The notes below the pieces were generated by a model that searched no databases, was not told the origin of the DNA, and was given only the letters and a program-made list of their open reading frames with translations. Of a stretch of 62,815 bases of DNA, positions 1-8,935 are shown one piece after another (within the stretch, counting starts at the first letter, position 1; the number at the start of each line of letters is the position of its first letter). The stretch is taken from NCBI GenBank assembly GCA_038523235.1, contig JBCBJQ010000025.1, positions 1-62,815 of the forward strand, given 5' to 3'. A program made the translations under genes and the position numbers. Source of the stretch: Cyanobacteria bacterium J06626_4. Its GTDB lineage: Bacteria; Cyanobacteriota; Cyanobacteriia; Phormidesmidales; Phormidesmidaceae.

Positions 1-704
1 GGCAACGTTACCCGCAAGGCATTGACCTGAAACAGCGGATCGGGCACTTCTCCCTGGGTTGGTTGCAGCGCCGGCGGGTTGGGTGGCGCGGGTTGGGTGG
101 CCTCTGTGGCGGGCGTTAGACGGCTGGTGGCATTGTTGAGGCGATCTTCTAAAGCGATCTCAATATTCGGTAGACCCAGCTGTCGTTCAACCGCTGAGGC
201 CCGATCTTGCAATTGCTGCAGATCGGTTTCAATGGCCTCTAGCTCCACCTCTACCTGTTCTCGCTGGGCATCGGTGAGGGCGATCGGCTGCGTTGTTGGG
301 GTTGGCGTGGCTGGTGTGGATGGCGTTTGGGGTGTTTGGGGCGTGGTTGTTGCTACACCGTTATTGAGTGCATCCCCAGACCACCAGTCCGGCAACCGGA
401 CGACTTTCTGAAAAAATCGGCTGGTGCGCCGCGTGACGATCTCTTGAGCCGGTGGGCCAGGATTCGAGGCGGGGAAAAATTGCGCCACTAAAATGCCAAA
501 CAGCCAAGCCCCCCCGATGCCCGCTCCGAGCAAGGCCCAGCGCAGTATCCAGAGTGATAACGAGCGAGCGCCCTGCCAGCGAGCGGGGGGGGCGGGTTCC
601 TTGAGTGGGGCCGTGGTGATCGCGGGCGGTTTCAGCACCGTCTCGCCGGCGGGAATGACCTCGGGCTTTGGTGGCGGATTGTTGAAGGGTGGCAGTTCGG
701 GCAT
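1..704 (-). CDS. Partial membrane-anchored Pro/Thr-rich coiled-coil protein, probably OmpA/MotB-domain family; C-terminus lies outside the window
   Basis: Not in the ORF track because its stop is outside the window. ATG at 704 reads MPELPPFNNPPP..., then one TM (WALLGAGIGGAWLFGILVAQFF), a coiled coil, and ...FQVNALRVTLP at the edge, which resembles the entry into OmpA/MotB-like domains. Confidence 0.65.
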   Translation of the reverse strand, partial: MPELPPFNNPPPKPEVIPAGETVLKPPAITTAPLKEPAPPARWQGARSLSLWILRWALLGAGIGGAWLFGILVAQFFPASNPGPPAQEIVTRRTSRFFQKVVRLPDWWSGDALNNGVATTTPQTPQTPSTPATPTPTTQPIALTDAQREQVEVELEAIETDLQQLQDRASAVERQLGLPNIEIALEDRLNNATSRLTPATEATQPAPPNPPALQPTQGEVPDPLFQVNALRVTL

Positions 705-872
705 GACGGCTACCAGAAATGAAAGGGAACGCCTCTAGAAATTTCAAGGGATAGACTTGAGGGGAGGCACATGGTGACGCAATCGCACCAGCGGGTCAGC
801 AGTTATAGCGTAGCGGGGATTGTTCGATTTCGAACCGAGGATTGCTGATCTGACGCGGATCTTAGGCATTGC

Positions 873-2543
873 TCAAGGTGTGGCCTCAGCGGGACTGACC
901 GGCACGTCAAGATTCACCGGATCTTGCCAATAGACGAGCTGATCGCTAATTGGTTGCAGAGTTGTACCGGGATAGTAAAACTTGAGGATGCGATCGCTGC
1001 TCCAACCCAAGTCACCCAAGTTGTAAGCGCCGGTTTGGCTCATGCCGACACCGTGACCAAAGCCGCCGCCGATAAAGCGATAGCCTACGAGTTGGGGTTC
1101 TGCCTCACCCGGCACTTGTTCATAAAGGCCACCGGTATAAAACAGTAGGCTTAATGGCGCTTCGATCGCGCGAATCACTTCGTCCTTCTGCAGTGTCACG
1201 ACGCCCAGGTCGGTCGCCAATTGTAGGGTTTGCACCCGGCCTGACGTGGCGCGCTCAGTCACGACTAGCCGTTGGACTTCGTTAAAGTTTGCCAGCGGAT
1301 GGCTGCGCCGCTGCAGATAGTCCTTCAAGTCTTGGCCAATTTTCTCTAGCGTGGCGTCCTCGCTCCAGCGAAAGGTGTCCCAGGTTTCTTCGTTAAAGCC
1401 GGTCTCTAGGGCGAGAAAAGCCTTGAGGTTCGTTTCATCGCTCAGGGGCCGCGTGGTGATATCCCAGCTACCGACGACGGAATCGATTACCGGCTGCAGG
1501 TAGGGGCGATCTGGCCCGTTCCACACATGGCTAAAGGCCGCCGTTACCCCCCCGGCGTTGGAAGAGTACAGCGCATCCACCAGCTCATTGCCATAGGTCA
1601 GCACCAGCCCCTGGGTGGTGGCGATCGCTCGATCCGTGACGTCGGCTGCGCCCGTAATGCCGCGATACACCTGACACTGGGTATCGGCACAGAGTTCGTA
1701 GTCGTCGATCACAAAGCGGCGCAGATTGCGTAAGACATAGGTGCGCGCCAAAATCGCCTGGGCTTCAATGGTGGTGGGCGGCGCGCCGAGACCGATCTCA
1801 TAGGGCACCACGCCGCGCAAATAGGTTTCGATCGGGACCTGATTGACCAGGGTGTAGGTGCCGTAGGCGTTGGGTTGCAGCCGCAAGTTGCCGCCATACA
1901 CCCGCACGGTATCTTCGACCTCGCCGATCTTTTCAATCACCCGAACGCGCTGCGCCCCGGTGCTGATGCTCACCACGTCGCGGTTGTAGCGAAAGCCGTT
2001 GAAAATCGCCGCCGCCTTGGGTAGATCCTGCAGTACCTGGCTATCGACATACACGTTATAGCCAGCATCCTGCAGATCTTGCAGCAACAGTCGCCGCAGC
2101 AGAGGCGTGTTGTAAACGTCGCGTCTGGCCCAAACCTGCCAGTCATCGGGCTGGGCAATTTCGGTTTCAATGCCGTTGTCTCGCCATTGGTTGGCACTGT
2201 CTTCGGCACTTTCAAAGCTGCGATGGGTGCTCAACACAACCCGCTCGGTGAGCGCCGTGGTGTCTAACGGGGTGGGCGTGGTGTCGAGTACAACCTGGCC
2301 TGTCGTCAGGGTTTCTAACTCGTCCCCCGTTTTGAACTGCACGGTGAGCTGATCGCCACCCCCGACTGGTTCGATCACCAGCGTCTTGGCATCATCACGA
2401 CCAAATCGTTGCACAATCCCAATGCGCAGGGTCGGGTTTGACGCCGTTTGCGCCTGCGCGGGCACACCCCACAGCAGGGCCACTCCAGCCACTGCGCCCA
2501 GCCCTTGAGAAAACCTGCCCGCATTCCATCGCGATCGCACCAT
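873..2543 (-). CDS. SpoIID/LytB-domain protein (amidase enhancer / peptidoglycan lytic transglycosylase)
   Basis: Signal peptide; motifs ETYLRGVVPYE, AQAILARTY, CADTQCQVY, GFGHGVGMSQTGA, ILKFYYPG. Confidence 0.92.
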   Translation of the reverse strand: MVRSRWNAGRFSQGLGAVAGVALLWGVPAQAQTASNPTLRIGIVQRFGRDDAKTLVIEPVGGGDQLTVQFKTGDELETLTTGQVVLDTTPTPLDTTALTERVVLSTHRSFESAEDSANQWRDNGIETEIAQPDDWQVWARRDVYNTPLLRRLLLQDLQDAGYNVYVDSQVLQDLPKAAAIFNGFRYNRDVVSISTGAQRVRVIEKIGEVEDTVRVYGGNLRLQPNAYGTYTLVNQVPIETYLRGVVPYEIGLGAPPTTIEAQAILARTYVLRNLRRFVIDDYELCADTQCQVYRGITGAADVTDRAIATTQGLVLTYGNELVDALYSSNAGGVTAAFSHVWNGPDRPYLQPVIDSVVGSWDITTRPLSDETNLKAFLALETGFNEETWDTFRWSEDATLEKIGQDLKDYLQRRSHPLANFNEVQRLVVTERATSGRVQTLQLATDLGVVTLQKDEVIRAIEAPLSLLFYTGGLYEQVPGEAEPQLVGYRFIGGGFGHGVGMSQTGAYNLGDLGWSSDRILKFYYPGTTLQPISDQLVYWQDPVNLDVPVSPAEATP

Positions 2544-2794
2544 AGTCTCTGAACTCTAGCCCTGCTAAAACGCTGCCCGCATTGTAGCCGAGCGGTTACC
2601 GAACCTTACAGACGAGTCTGGTTCCCCTTACGACGCTAAGAGAGCGCAGTCAGGACTTTTTCCACTCGATCTATGGCCTTTCTGTGGAAAGATTTCTAAA
2701 CACTCGGCAACTAATGGCTGCCCTCATTCCCCCGCTCAATGACAATGGAATTTGGCCGATTTGGATGAACTGTTTCGTGCCGACTGATTCACCG

Positions 2795-3448
2795 ATGAAT
2801 GCGCCCACTGAGCACCTGCGTCAGCTCATGACCGCGGCTGAAATCCCGAGCTTTCGTGCCCTGGCGCAACAAGCTGGGGTCTCCGACTGGGCGGTGAAGC
2901 AACTACGTCGCGATCGCCTGCACCAAATGCGGGTAGAAACGTTGCATAAGTTGGCGACGGCTCTACAGGTCTCGCTGCCCGTCTTGCTGAGTCATTTCGG
3001 CACGATAGATGTTGAGGTGCCAGGTTCCGATACCCGCGACAGCGATCGCATCGCCGTGCTAGAGACCGAATATCAGCGGCTCCAAACTCAGCTCGAACAG
3101 CAGGAAATCCTTTTGCAACAGCGCTGGCAACGGGAAGCCCTGACGGTTTTAGAATCTTGGCTCCTGCAGTGGCCGACCGTCGTCCATGCTGTGGCCAAAA
3201 ATCCCGACCTGCCCGCCAACCGCCTCGTCCCTCTTGTGCAGCCGGTGCAGACCCTGTTAGAAGAGTGGAAGGTTGAGGCGATCGCTGCCGTGGGTGAAGA
3301 AGTTCCCTACGATCCGCAGCGGCATCAGTTAATGGATGGCATTGCCGCTACCGGCGATCTGGTGAAAGTGCGCTACGCCGGCTTTTGCCACGGCGATACC
3401 CTGCTGCATCGCGCCAAAGTCAGCCCAGTGAGCGCCTCTCAGGCATAA
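2795..3448 (+). CDS. XRE/Cro-type HTH protein fused to a coiled coil and a GrpE-like C-terminal domain
   Basis: N-terminal LRQLM...SFRALAQQAGVS...LHKLATALQVS (HTH); C-terminal VGEEVPYDPQRHQ...VRYAGF...LLHRAKV matches the GrpE beta-domain pattern. Start placed at ATG 2795. Confidence 0.8.
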   Translation: MNAPTEHLRQLMTAAEIPSFRALAQQAGVSDWAVKQLRRDRLHQMRVETLHKLATALQVSLPVLLSHFGTIDVEVPGSDTRDSDRIAVLETEYQRLQTQLEQQEILLQQRWQREALTVLESWLLQWPTVVHAVAKNPDLPANRLVPLVQPVQTLLEEWKVEAIAAVGEEVPYDPQRHQLMDGIAATGDLVKVRYAGFCHGDTLLHRAKVSPVSASQA

Positions 3449-3565
3449 CTACAAGCTCGTGCACCTTCTCAACGAGGCAGTCAATACTAGTTCTCCGTGA
3501 CGCACTCCTGATACCAGCTTGGCAATGCAGGAGAGGCAGGTTTGTCGTCATGTTCCAGATCATCG

Positions 3566-3656
3566 GCATAATGTTGCCCACTACCCGGTCGCGGCGAGAG
3601 ATGCGCCACCGTCAAAATAGCTTAGTTCGCGACTCGGGTGCATTGCATGGTTGTTT
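3566..3656 (-). other. Degenerate integron attC-like recombination site
   Basis: Minus strand, just after the stop of 3660..3989: AAACAAC-CATGC-AATGCACCCGAGTCGCG...CGCGACCGGGTAGTGGGCAAC-ATTATGC. Imperfect hairpin with an extrahelical base and attC-like R''/L''/L'/R' spacing; the R' GTT is changed to ATT. Confidence 0.6.
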
Positions 3657-3659
3657 ATT

Positions 3660-3989
3660 TCACGTGGATGTGGACTGGTTTTTCGAGCCACGTACGAGTT
3701 CGAGGTACTTGTCCTTGGGCTCTCCAGTCCAACCGTTTACACCATGACGTGGAAGCCAGATGGCATGAATATAGGCAACTCCCAGAGCCAAAGTCGAGAG
3801 AACGACATAAAATACCCACCTAAGTTTGAAATACGAGAGAATCAGACCCACTCCGAGAACAATGGCCACCTTCAATAGCCGTCTCGATTTCGGTCGGTGT
3901 TCTTCGAAATGCCCGAACAGGATGTTTCCAATTGCGAAAATTATAGAAACAAGAGCGATATCGAACCAGTAAGTTGCGATGCTCCACAT
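3660..3989 (-). CDS. Small multi-TM hypothetical protein (gene-cassette-like)
   Basis: 109-aa ORF with about 3 hydrophobic segments; visibly AT-richer than flanking genes and lacks HIP1. Confidence 0.75.
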   Translation of the reverse strand: MWSIATYWFDIALVSIIFAIGNILFGHFEEHRPKSRRLLKVAIVLGVGLILSYFKLRWVFYVVLSTLALGVAYIHAIWLPRHGVNGWTGEPKDKYLELVRGSKNQSTST

Positions 3990-4076
3990 GCTTAGATATC
4001 CGGCTCATTCGGCCGTGTGCTTAGCTGGATTACAAAGGCGATGAGTTCGTAAACTAAGTTGGTGCCCATAGCTATC

Positions 4077-4112
4077 GTAGGGTGCACCACGCTTAGTGGT
4101 GACGCACCCTAC
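4077..4112. repeat. GTAG-type REP palindrome
   Basis: GTAGGGTGC-ACCACGCTTAGTGGTGAC-GCACCCTAC; related copies at 28436 and 28719-28799. Confidence 0.75.
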
Positions 4113-4221
4113 CCCCAGAGAAAGGATGTGTGTAGCCGCTGGTGAAATACCCGCAATGGATTTCGGCTCCCTCGCCCTGCTCCTCCGCTTTCTCTACCCC
4201 TTACTCTCCACCCTCTACTCC

Positions 4222-5694
4222 TTAATGCGCCCCAATATCTTCCAAACTGCTATCTTCTTTATGGTGAATCGCTAAGCGATCGAGCAGCGTGGCACTAGCT
4301 TCGTTGAGACCAATTAACTGCACCACAACGCCTCGCTTGCGGAAGCGCAGCACGACCCGATCCACAGCATCGACGGAAGATTGATCCCATAGATGTGCCT
4401 GGGAGAGATCAATCACGACCCGCTTCACCGGTTCGCGGAAGTCGAAAGCATTGATAAACGTTTCCACCGAAACAAAGAAAATCTGCCCCGTGACGACATA
4501 GACGCGATCGCCCGCGATGTCGGTGTGGGCAGAAACTTCCATCAGCTTGGCAATTTTGCGGCTAAAGAAAATGGTGCTGAGGGCCACACCGACGATGACG
4601 CCAAAGGCCAGATTGTGGGTAAGCAGCGTTACCGCCACCGTGGTCAGCATGACGGCAGTTTCACTTTTCGGCACGCGGCGAATGTGGCGTAGTGACCCCC
4701 AGCTAAAGGTGCTGATAGAGACCATAATCATCACCGCCACCAACGCCGCCATCGGAATGCGCGCTACCCAACCACCCAGTGCCAAGATGAAAATCAAGAG
4801 AAAAATTCCGGCGCTCAGGGTCGAGAGGCGGGTGCGACCGCCCGAGCGCATGTTGATCACCGACTGGCCAATCATGGCGCAACCGGCCATGCCCCCAAAG
4901 AAACCGGTGATGACGTTGGCGACGCCCTGCCCTCGCGCTTCCTGGTTTTTATTGCTGGGAGTGTCGGTAATATCGTCAATCACGCTAGCCGTCAAAAATG
5001 ACTCCAGCAAACCGACGAGCGAGAGCGCAAACGCGTAGGGCAAGATGATGCCTAGGGTGTCAAATGTGAAGGGGACTTGCGGTAGCGCAAAGCCGGGCAG
5101 CGCCGTCGGCAGTGCGCCCACCGTGGGGACGGTGATGCCGCCGTAGATGGTGAATCCAGTAATCGCGACGATCGCCACCAGCGGCGAAGGCACGACCTTC
5201 GTCAACCGAGGCAAACCGTAGATAATCAGCAATCCTGCCGCAACCAGGGCATACACCATCTGATTGCCGTCTTCGAGCTGGGGCAGCTGGGCATCGAAGA
5301 TCAAAATCGCCAGCGCATTGACAAATCCAATCATCACCGGACGCGGCACAAATCGCATCTGGTTACCCAGCTTGACCCAGCCCCAAACCAGCTGCAGTAA
5401 ACCCGTCAAAATGGTGGTCGCAAATAAGTAGTTGACGCCATACTCTCTGACCAAAGGGGTCATCAGTAGGGCCATCGCGCCCGTCGCCGCTGAGATCATG
5501 CCGGGCCGACCGCCTAAAAATGACGTGGTAATGGCGATACAAAAAGACGCGTACAGCCCGACTTGAGGATCAACCCCGGCGATGATTGAAAAGGCGATCG
5601 CCTCGGGAATCAACGCGAGGGCAACCACAGCCCCAGCGAGAATATCCTGACGCGGACGGGCCAACCAGGCCTCTTTTTTCAAGACTGCTTGCAT
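4222..5694 (-). CDS. SulP/SLC26 family inorganic anion transporter with C-terminal STAS domain
   Basis: Motifs [52 protein letters not shown], and [18 protein letters not shown]. Confidence 0.93.
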   Translation of the reverse strand: MQAVLKKEAWLARPRQDILAGAVVALALIPEAIAFSIIAGVDPQVGLYASFCIAITTSFLGGRPGMISAATGAMALLMTPLVREYGVNYLFATTILTGLLQLVWGWVKLGNQMRFVPRPVMIGFVNALAILIFDAQLPQLEDGNQMVYALVAAGLLIIYGLPRLTKVVPSPLVAIVAITGFTIYGGITVPTVGALPTALPGFALPQVPFTFDTLGIILPYAFALSLVGLLESFLTASVIDDITDTPSNKNQEARGQGVANVITGFFGGMAGCAMIGQSVINMRSGGRTRLSTLSAGIFLLIFILALGGWVARIPMAALVAVMIMVSISTFSWGSLRHIRRVPKSETAVMLTTVAVTLLTHNLAFGVIVGVALSTIFFSRKIAKLMEVSAHTDIAGDRVYVVTGQIFFVSVETFINAFDFREPVKRVVIDLSQAHLWDQSSVDAVDRVVLRFRKRGVVVQLIGLNEASATLLDRLAIHHKEDSSLEDIGAH

Positions 5695-5719
5695 ACGCTT
5701 TCTCTTGGCTCAATTCCAT

Positions 5720-5753
5720 AAAAACGCGATCGCTCTAGCTAGAGCGATCGCGT
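5720..5753 (-). terminator. Intrinsic terminator-like hairpin in the SulP leader
   Basis: Perfect 30-bp palindrome ACGCGATCGCTCTAGCTAGAGCGATCGCGT (5724-5753) ending in a T-run on the minus strand, about 25 nt before the SulP ATG. Confidence 0.65.
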
Positions 5754-5856
5754 GCGGACATCCTTATCACTTGATTAGCAAGCCTTTCAGCAGTTAGCGC
5801 CACCACAGTGACGAAAATCAACTGCCTGCCTGACCCCACAATCTTGAATAAGTATA
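5754..5856 (-). promoter_or_regulatory. Candidate structured 5' leader plus -10 box (TATACT, 5851-5856) of SulP
   Basis: Nested stems GCAGTTG/TAACTGC and CGTCAC/GTGGCG lie downstream of a TATACT hexamer and upstream of the terminator hairpin. Confidence 0.45.
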
Positions 5857-6087
5857 AATTACTGCTTGAAGTTTTGTATAGCTTTCATTGATGAAAATCT
5901 ATGAATTTTAGAGAACCATAGAACCTGTTCGTGGTCGAGGCGATTGCGGTGGGGGATGCACTGCGATCACCTCGATCCCTCTGTTGTTGCGTCAATTGCC
6001 CTGCCGCCGGGACTGTAGGGATGTTCAGCCCCATTTCTCCTCGATTACCCCAGGGCTCATGACTGCCGCGCGTGCCCAACGCACCCG

Positions 6088-7017
6088 TCATGAAAGGCGA
6101 CAAACGCTCTCCCCACCCCGCTCAATCAGACCGTAGATCATGCCCGACGTAGAATGGCCAGTGGCGCAGCGACCGTGGCGATCGATCACAATGACGCCGC
6201 CCAGACCCTGCACCTTTTCCACTAAATACTCAATCCCAGCAGTGGCGGCTTCACCGGCATCCATGCCCTTGAAATAGATAAAGTCGGAAATCATTTTGCA
6301 CAGTACCGTGCGCTGAAACTGCTCGCCATAGCCCGTCGCCGACACGGCACAGGTGGTGTTGTCAGCAAATACCCCCGCCCCCACAATCGGACTGTCGCCG
6401 ACCCGGCCCCAGCGCTTATTAACAATGCCGCCGGTAGAGGTGGCCGCGGCGAGGTTGCCTTGAGCATCGCGGGCCACCGCGCCGATAGTGCCAAACTTGT
6501 GTTGCGGTTCGGCATCCTCGTGATCAAGCATCATGCCCCCAGCCTTTTGGGCATCGCGCCACTGGCGAATGCGGGCATCGACCACAAAGTAATCATCCGT
6601 CATCACTTCAACGTCCCAGAGCTTGGCAAACTCCATCGCGCCTTTGCCAATCAGCATGACGTGTTCGCTTTTGGCCAAGACGCGGCGGGCCAGCCCGATC
6701 GGATTTTTGATATTGGTGATGCCGGCAACGGCACCCGCGGCTAAATCTTGACCATCCATAATGGCGGCATCCATCTCAACTTCGCCATATTCGTTGAGTA
6801 CTGAGCCGTGGCCCGCGTTGTAAAGACGGTCATTTTCTAGGGCGATCGCGCAATATTCAACGGCATCAAGAGCGGAGCCGTTTTTGGCCAAAACCTCGCG
6901 TCCGCCTTCTAAAATGCGGTGCAGACTTTCCATGAAATCGGCTTCACTGCCCTCTCGTCGAATATGGGCTAAGGCCCCCGAACCGCCGTGAATCATGAGG
7001 GAGAAATTGTCAGGCAT
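6088..7017 (-). CDS. iaaA: Isoaspartyl peptidase / L-asparaginase (Ntn hydrolase)
   Basis: IHGGSG, NAGHGSVLN..G.VEMDAAIMDG, GTIGAVA (catalytic Thr), AATSTGG, GRVGDSP, SATGYGE. Confidence 0.93.
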   Translation of the reverse strand: MPDNFSLMIHGGSGALAHIRREGSEADFMESLHRILEGGREVLAKNGSALDAVEYCAIALENDRLYNAGHGSVLNEYGEVEMDAAIMDGQDLAAGAVAGITNIKNPIGLARRVLAKSEHVMLIGKGAMEFAKLWDVEVMTDDYFVVDARIRQWRDAQKAGGMMLDHEDAEPQHKFGTIGAVARDAQGNLAAATSTGGIVNKRWGRVGDSPIVGAGVFADNTTCAVSATGYGEQFQRTVLCKMISDFIYFKGMDAGEAATAGIEYLVEKVQGLGGVIVIDRHGRCATGHSTSGMIYGLIERGGESVCRLS

Positions 7018-7112
7018 AACATTAAAGAAAAATGTAGGCAGGAAGTATTTGAAATTACCACACTTAAAATAAGACAGTGCTACCCAGCGCTGCGTCCTTT
7101 ACATACCCCGTC

Positions 7113-7394
7113 ATGATCACTCTCGACCCTGCTATTTGTTTTCAACCGACGTCGTCTGACGCGGCGATCGCCGAAGCCGAAACGCTGCAGATTCGGACAG
7201 ATTTGATGTTGGCTTTGCAACAGGCGATCACACAGCGGGGCTGGACCCCTGAAGAGGCAGCCAAGGCGCTGAAGCAAACGCTGCCGCGCATGCAAAATTT
7301 GATTAATGGCGAGATTAGTCGCTTCAGCATTGAGCAGTTGATTCAGCTGTTGGCGCTCACTGGCAGAGCCGTACAGGTTTCTGTATTGAGCTAA
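7113..7394 (+). CDS. Small XRE-family HTH protein (HigA antitoxin-like)
   Basis: LQIRTDLMLALQQAITQRGWTPEEAAKALKQTLPRMQNLINGEISRFSIEQLIQLL is a typical HTH_37-like pattern. Confidence 0.8.
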   Translation: MITLDPAICFQPTSSDAAIAEAETLQIRTDLMLALQQAITQRGWTPEEAAKALKQTLPRMQNLINGEISRFSIEQLIQLLALTGRAVQVSVLS

Positions 7395-7443
7395 CTTGGT
7401 GCTCACTAAGAACCCCTTGTCATTTTCTAACTAGGTACTTAAC

Positions 7444-7472
7444 AGCGCCCTTTATTAATAGGGGCGCTTTTT
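7444..7472 (+). terminator. Rho-independent terminator
   Basis: AGCGCCCTTT-ATTAAT-AGGGGCGCT followed by TTTT, downstream of the XRE gene. Confidence 0.7.
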
Positions 7473-7811
7473 GTTAGGAAACCCTGACGATGTGAAAGAC
7501 GTATAAAAATTTTGACTCAATCTATTCCCGGCAGATGATGCATCTGATACCAATGAAACATTGAGCGGGCACTGGCAGAGTCACCAGCGGCGGATTGGCT
7601 TTTATCCTTGCTGCCGGTGGTGGCTGTCGTCTATTTGCGTCAGTGCAAGAATGCAGTATCCTGCAAGGCAAGAACGGTGTAGACGAGCTTTTTTAAGCTT
7701 TACTCGTATCTCAAGCGCCTTTTTATATCCTGAACTGTTGCTAATACCTTTAGCAGCGGCAGATTACTCTAGCCGTTTTTTAAAAGCCCATCACTGAATC
7801 GTTTGTCGTCT

Positions 7812-8906
7812 ATGAAAATTTATAATCACAACATTACTCTGTACACCCATGATCGGGCTGTGAGTAATCCCCTTTATGCTGGCCGAGCGCTGGGGTTAAC
7901 CACCCCCCAAGATAAAATTCAGCTACCGCCAGAACTGTTGCCCGAATGGGCGACGATTACGGCTCATTACGACCAAGTCGGATTGGCCCATACCCGTGAC
8001 GTGATTTGGGATATTTCGGTTGCCAAACTGACCCACTATCCTGACTATGAAGTCAGCGTATATTTCTTTGGGGATGTGATCAATTTTCACGATACGTATC
8101 GCCAAATTTTTCAAAATTTAGATGCCAACGCTTGTGAAGTGATTGAGTTTGTGAACTCTAAAAACAACTTTATTCAATTAGCAGAAGACTTGGGCATTGC
8201 CGTCCCCAAAACGCTGCGATTTGACAATTTAGCGGCAGCTCGGGCCTGTGACGACATGCCGTTTCCCTGTTTTGTCAAACCCGCCGTGTCTGATCACGGC
8301 TTCGGCATTATGCGTTGCCCCGATGCCGAAACCTTGGCTCAAGCCTTGGCCCAGCTAGTGCCCGAAGAGTCCCTCCAGATTCAGGCCGAAGTCAAGGCTT
8401 CGGCGTTTCTCAACCTGCAGTATCAGATTACTGCTGAGGGGGTAAAGCCGCTCTTGGTGTCAGAACAGCTACTCGATGGCTGCGTGCATCGCGGCAATCG
8501 GTATCCGGCCAGTCACGAACCCTGGGAGGAAGTGGCCACCTTTGCCCAGTGGATGGGCGATCGCGGCATGAGAGATATCTTTGCCGTGGATGTCGCGGTC
8601 ATTCCAGAACCTACTGGTGTGCGCTTTGTGGCGATCGAGTGCAATCCTCGTTTTAACGGCTCGTCTTATCCGACGATGGTGGCACAGCGCTTGGCGATTC
8701 CGACTTGGGGCAGTGCGACCTATGCCACCAAGCTGCGATCGCTGCGGGATTTGAGTTTAGACGGCATTACCTTTGACCCTCAGACTGGCAAGGGCATCAT
8801 CTTGATTAACTGGGGCACCGTGAAGGCCGGCAAACTCAGCGTGCTGCTGGCGGGCTCAGAGGCCGAGCAGGTCGCTCTAGCCAATGAGCTGCGCAGGCGT
8901 CTGTAG
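7812..8906 (+). CDS. ATP-grasp domain protein (putative ligase)
   Basis: NSKNNFIQLAEDLGIAVP, FPCFVKPAVSDHGFGI, LQIQAEV, FAVDVA, AIECNPRFNGS. Confidence 0.88.
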   Translation: MKIYNHNITLYTHDRAVSNPLYAGRALGLTTPQDKIQLPPELLPEWATITAHYDQVGLAHTRDVIWDISVAKLTHYPDYEVSVYFFGDVINFHDTYRQIFQNLDANACEVIEFVNSKNNFIQLAEDLGIAVPKTLRFDNLAAARACDDMPFPCFVKPAVSDHGFGIMRCPDAETLAQALAQLVPEESLQIQAEVKASAFLNLQYQITAEGVKPLLVSEQLLDGCVHRGNRYPASHEPWEEVATFAQWMGDRGMRDIFAVDVAVIPEPTGVRFVAIECNPRFNGSSYPTMVAQRLAIPTWGSATYATKLRSLRDLSLDGITFDPQTGKGIILINWGTVKAGKLSVLLAGSEAEQVALANELRRRL

Positions 8907-8935
8907 TTCACGGGTAAAACGATAGGGCGATCACA

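Noticed and set aside
4166..4221. C/T-rich degenerate short tandem repeats after the SulP stop
   Set aside because: Resembles ordinary cyanobacterial STRR-type low-complexity sequence; no fixed unit or spacers, so not CRISPR.
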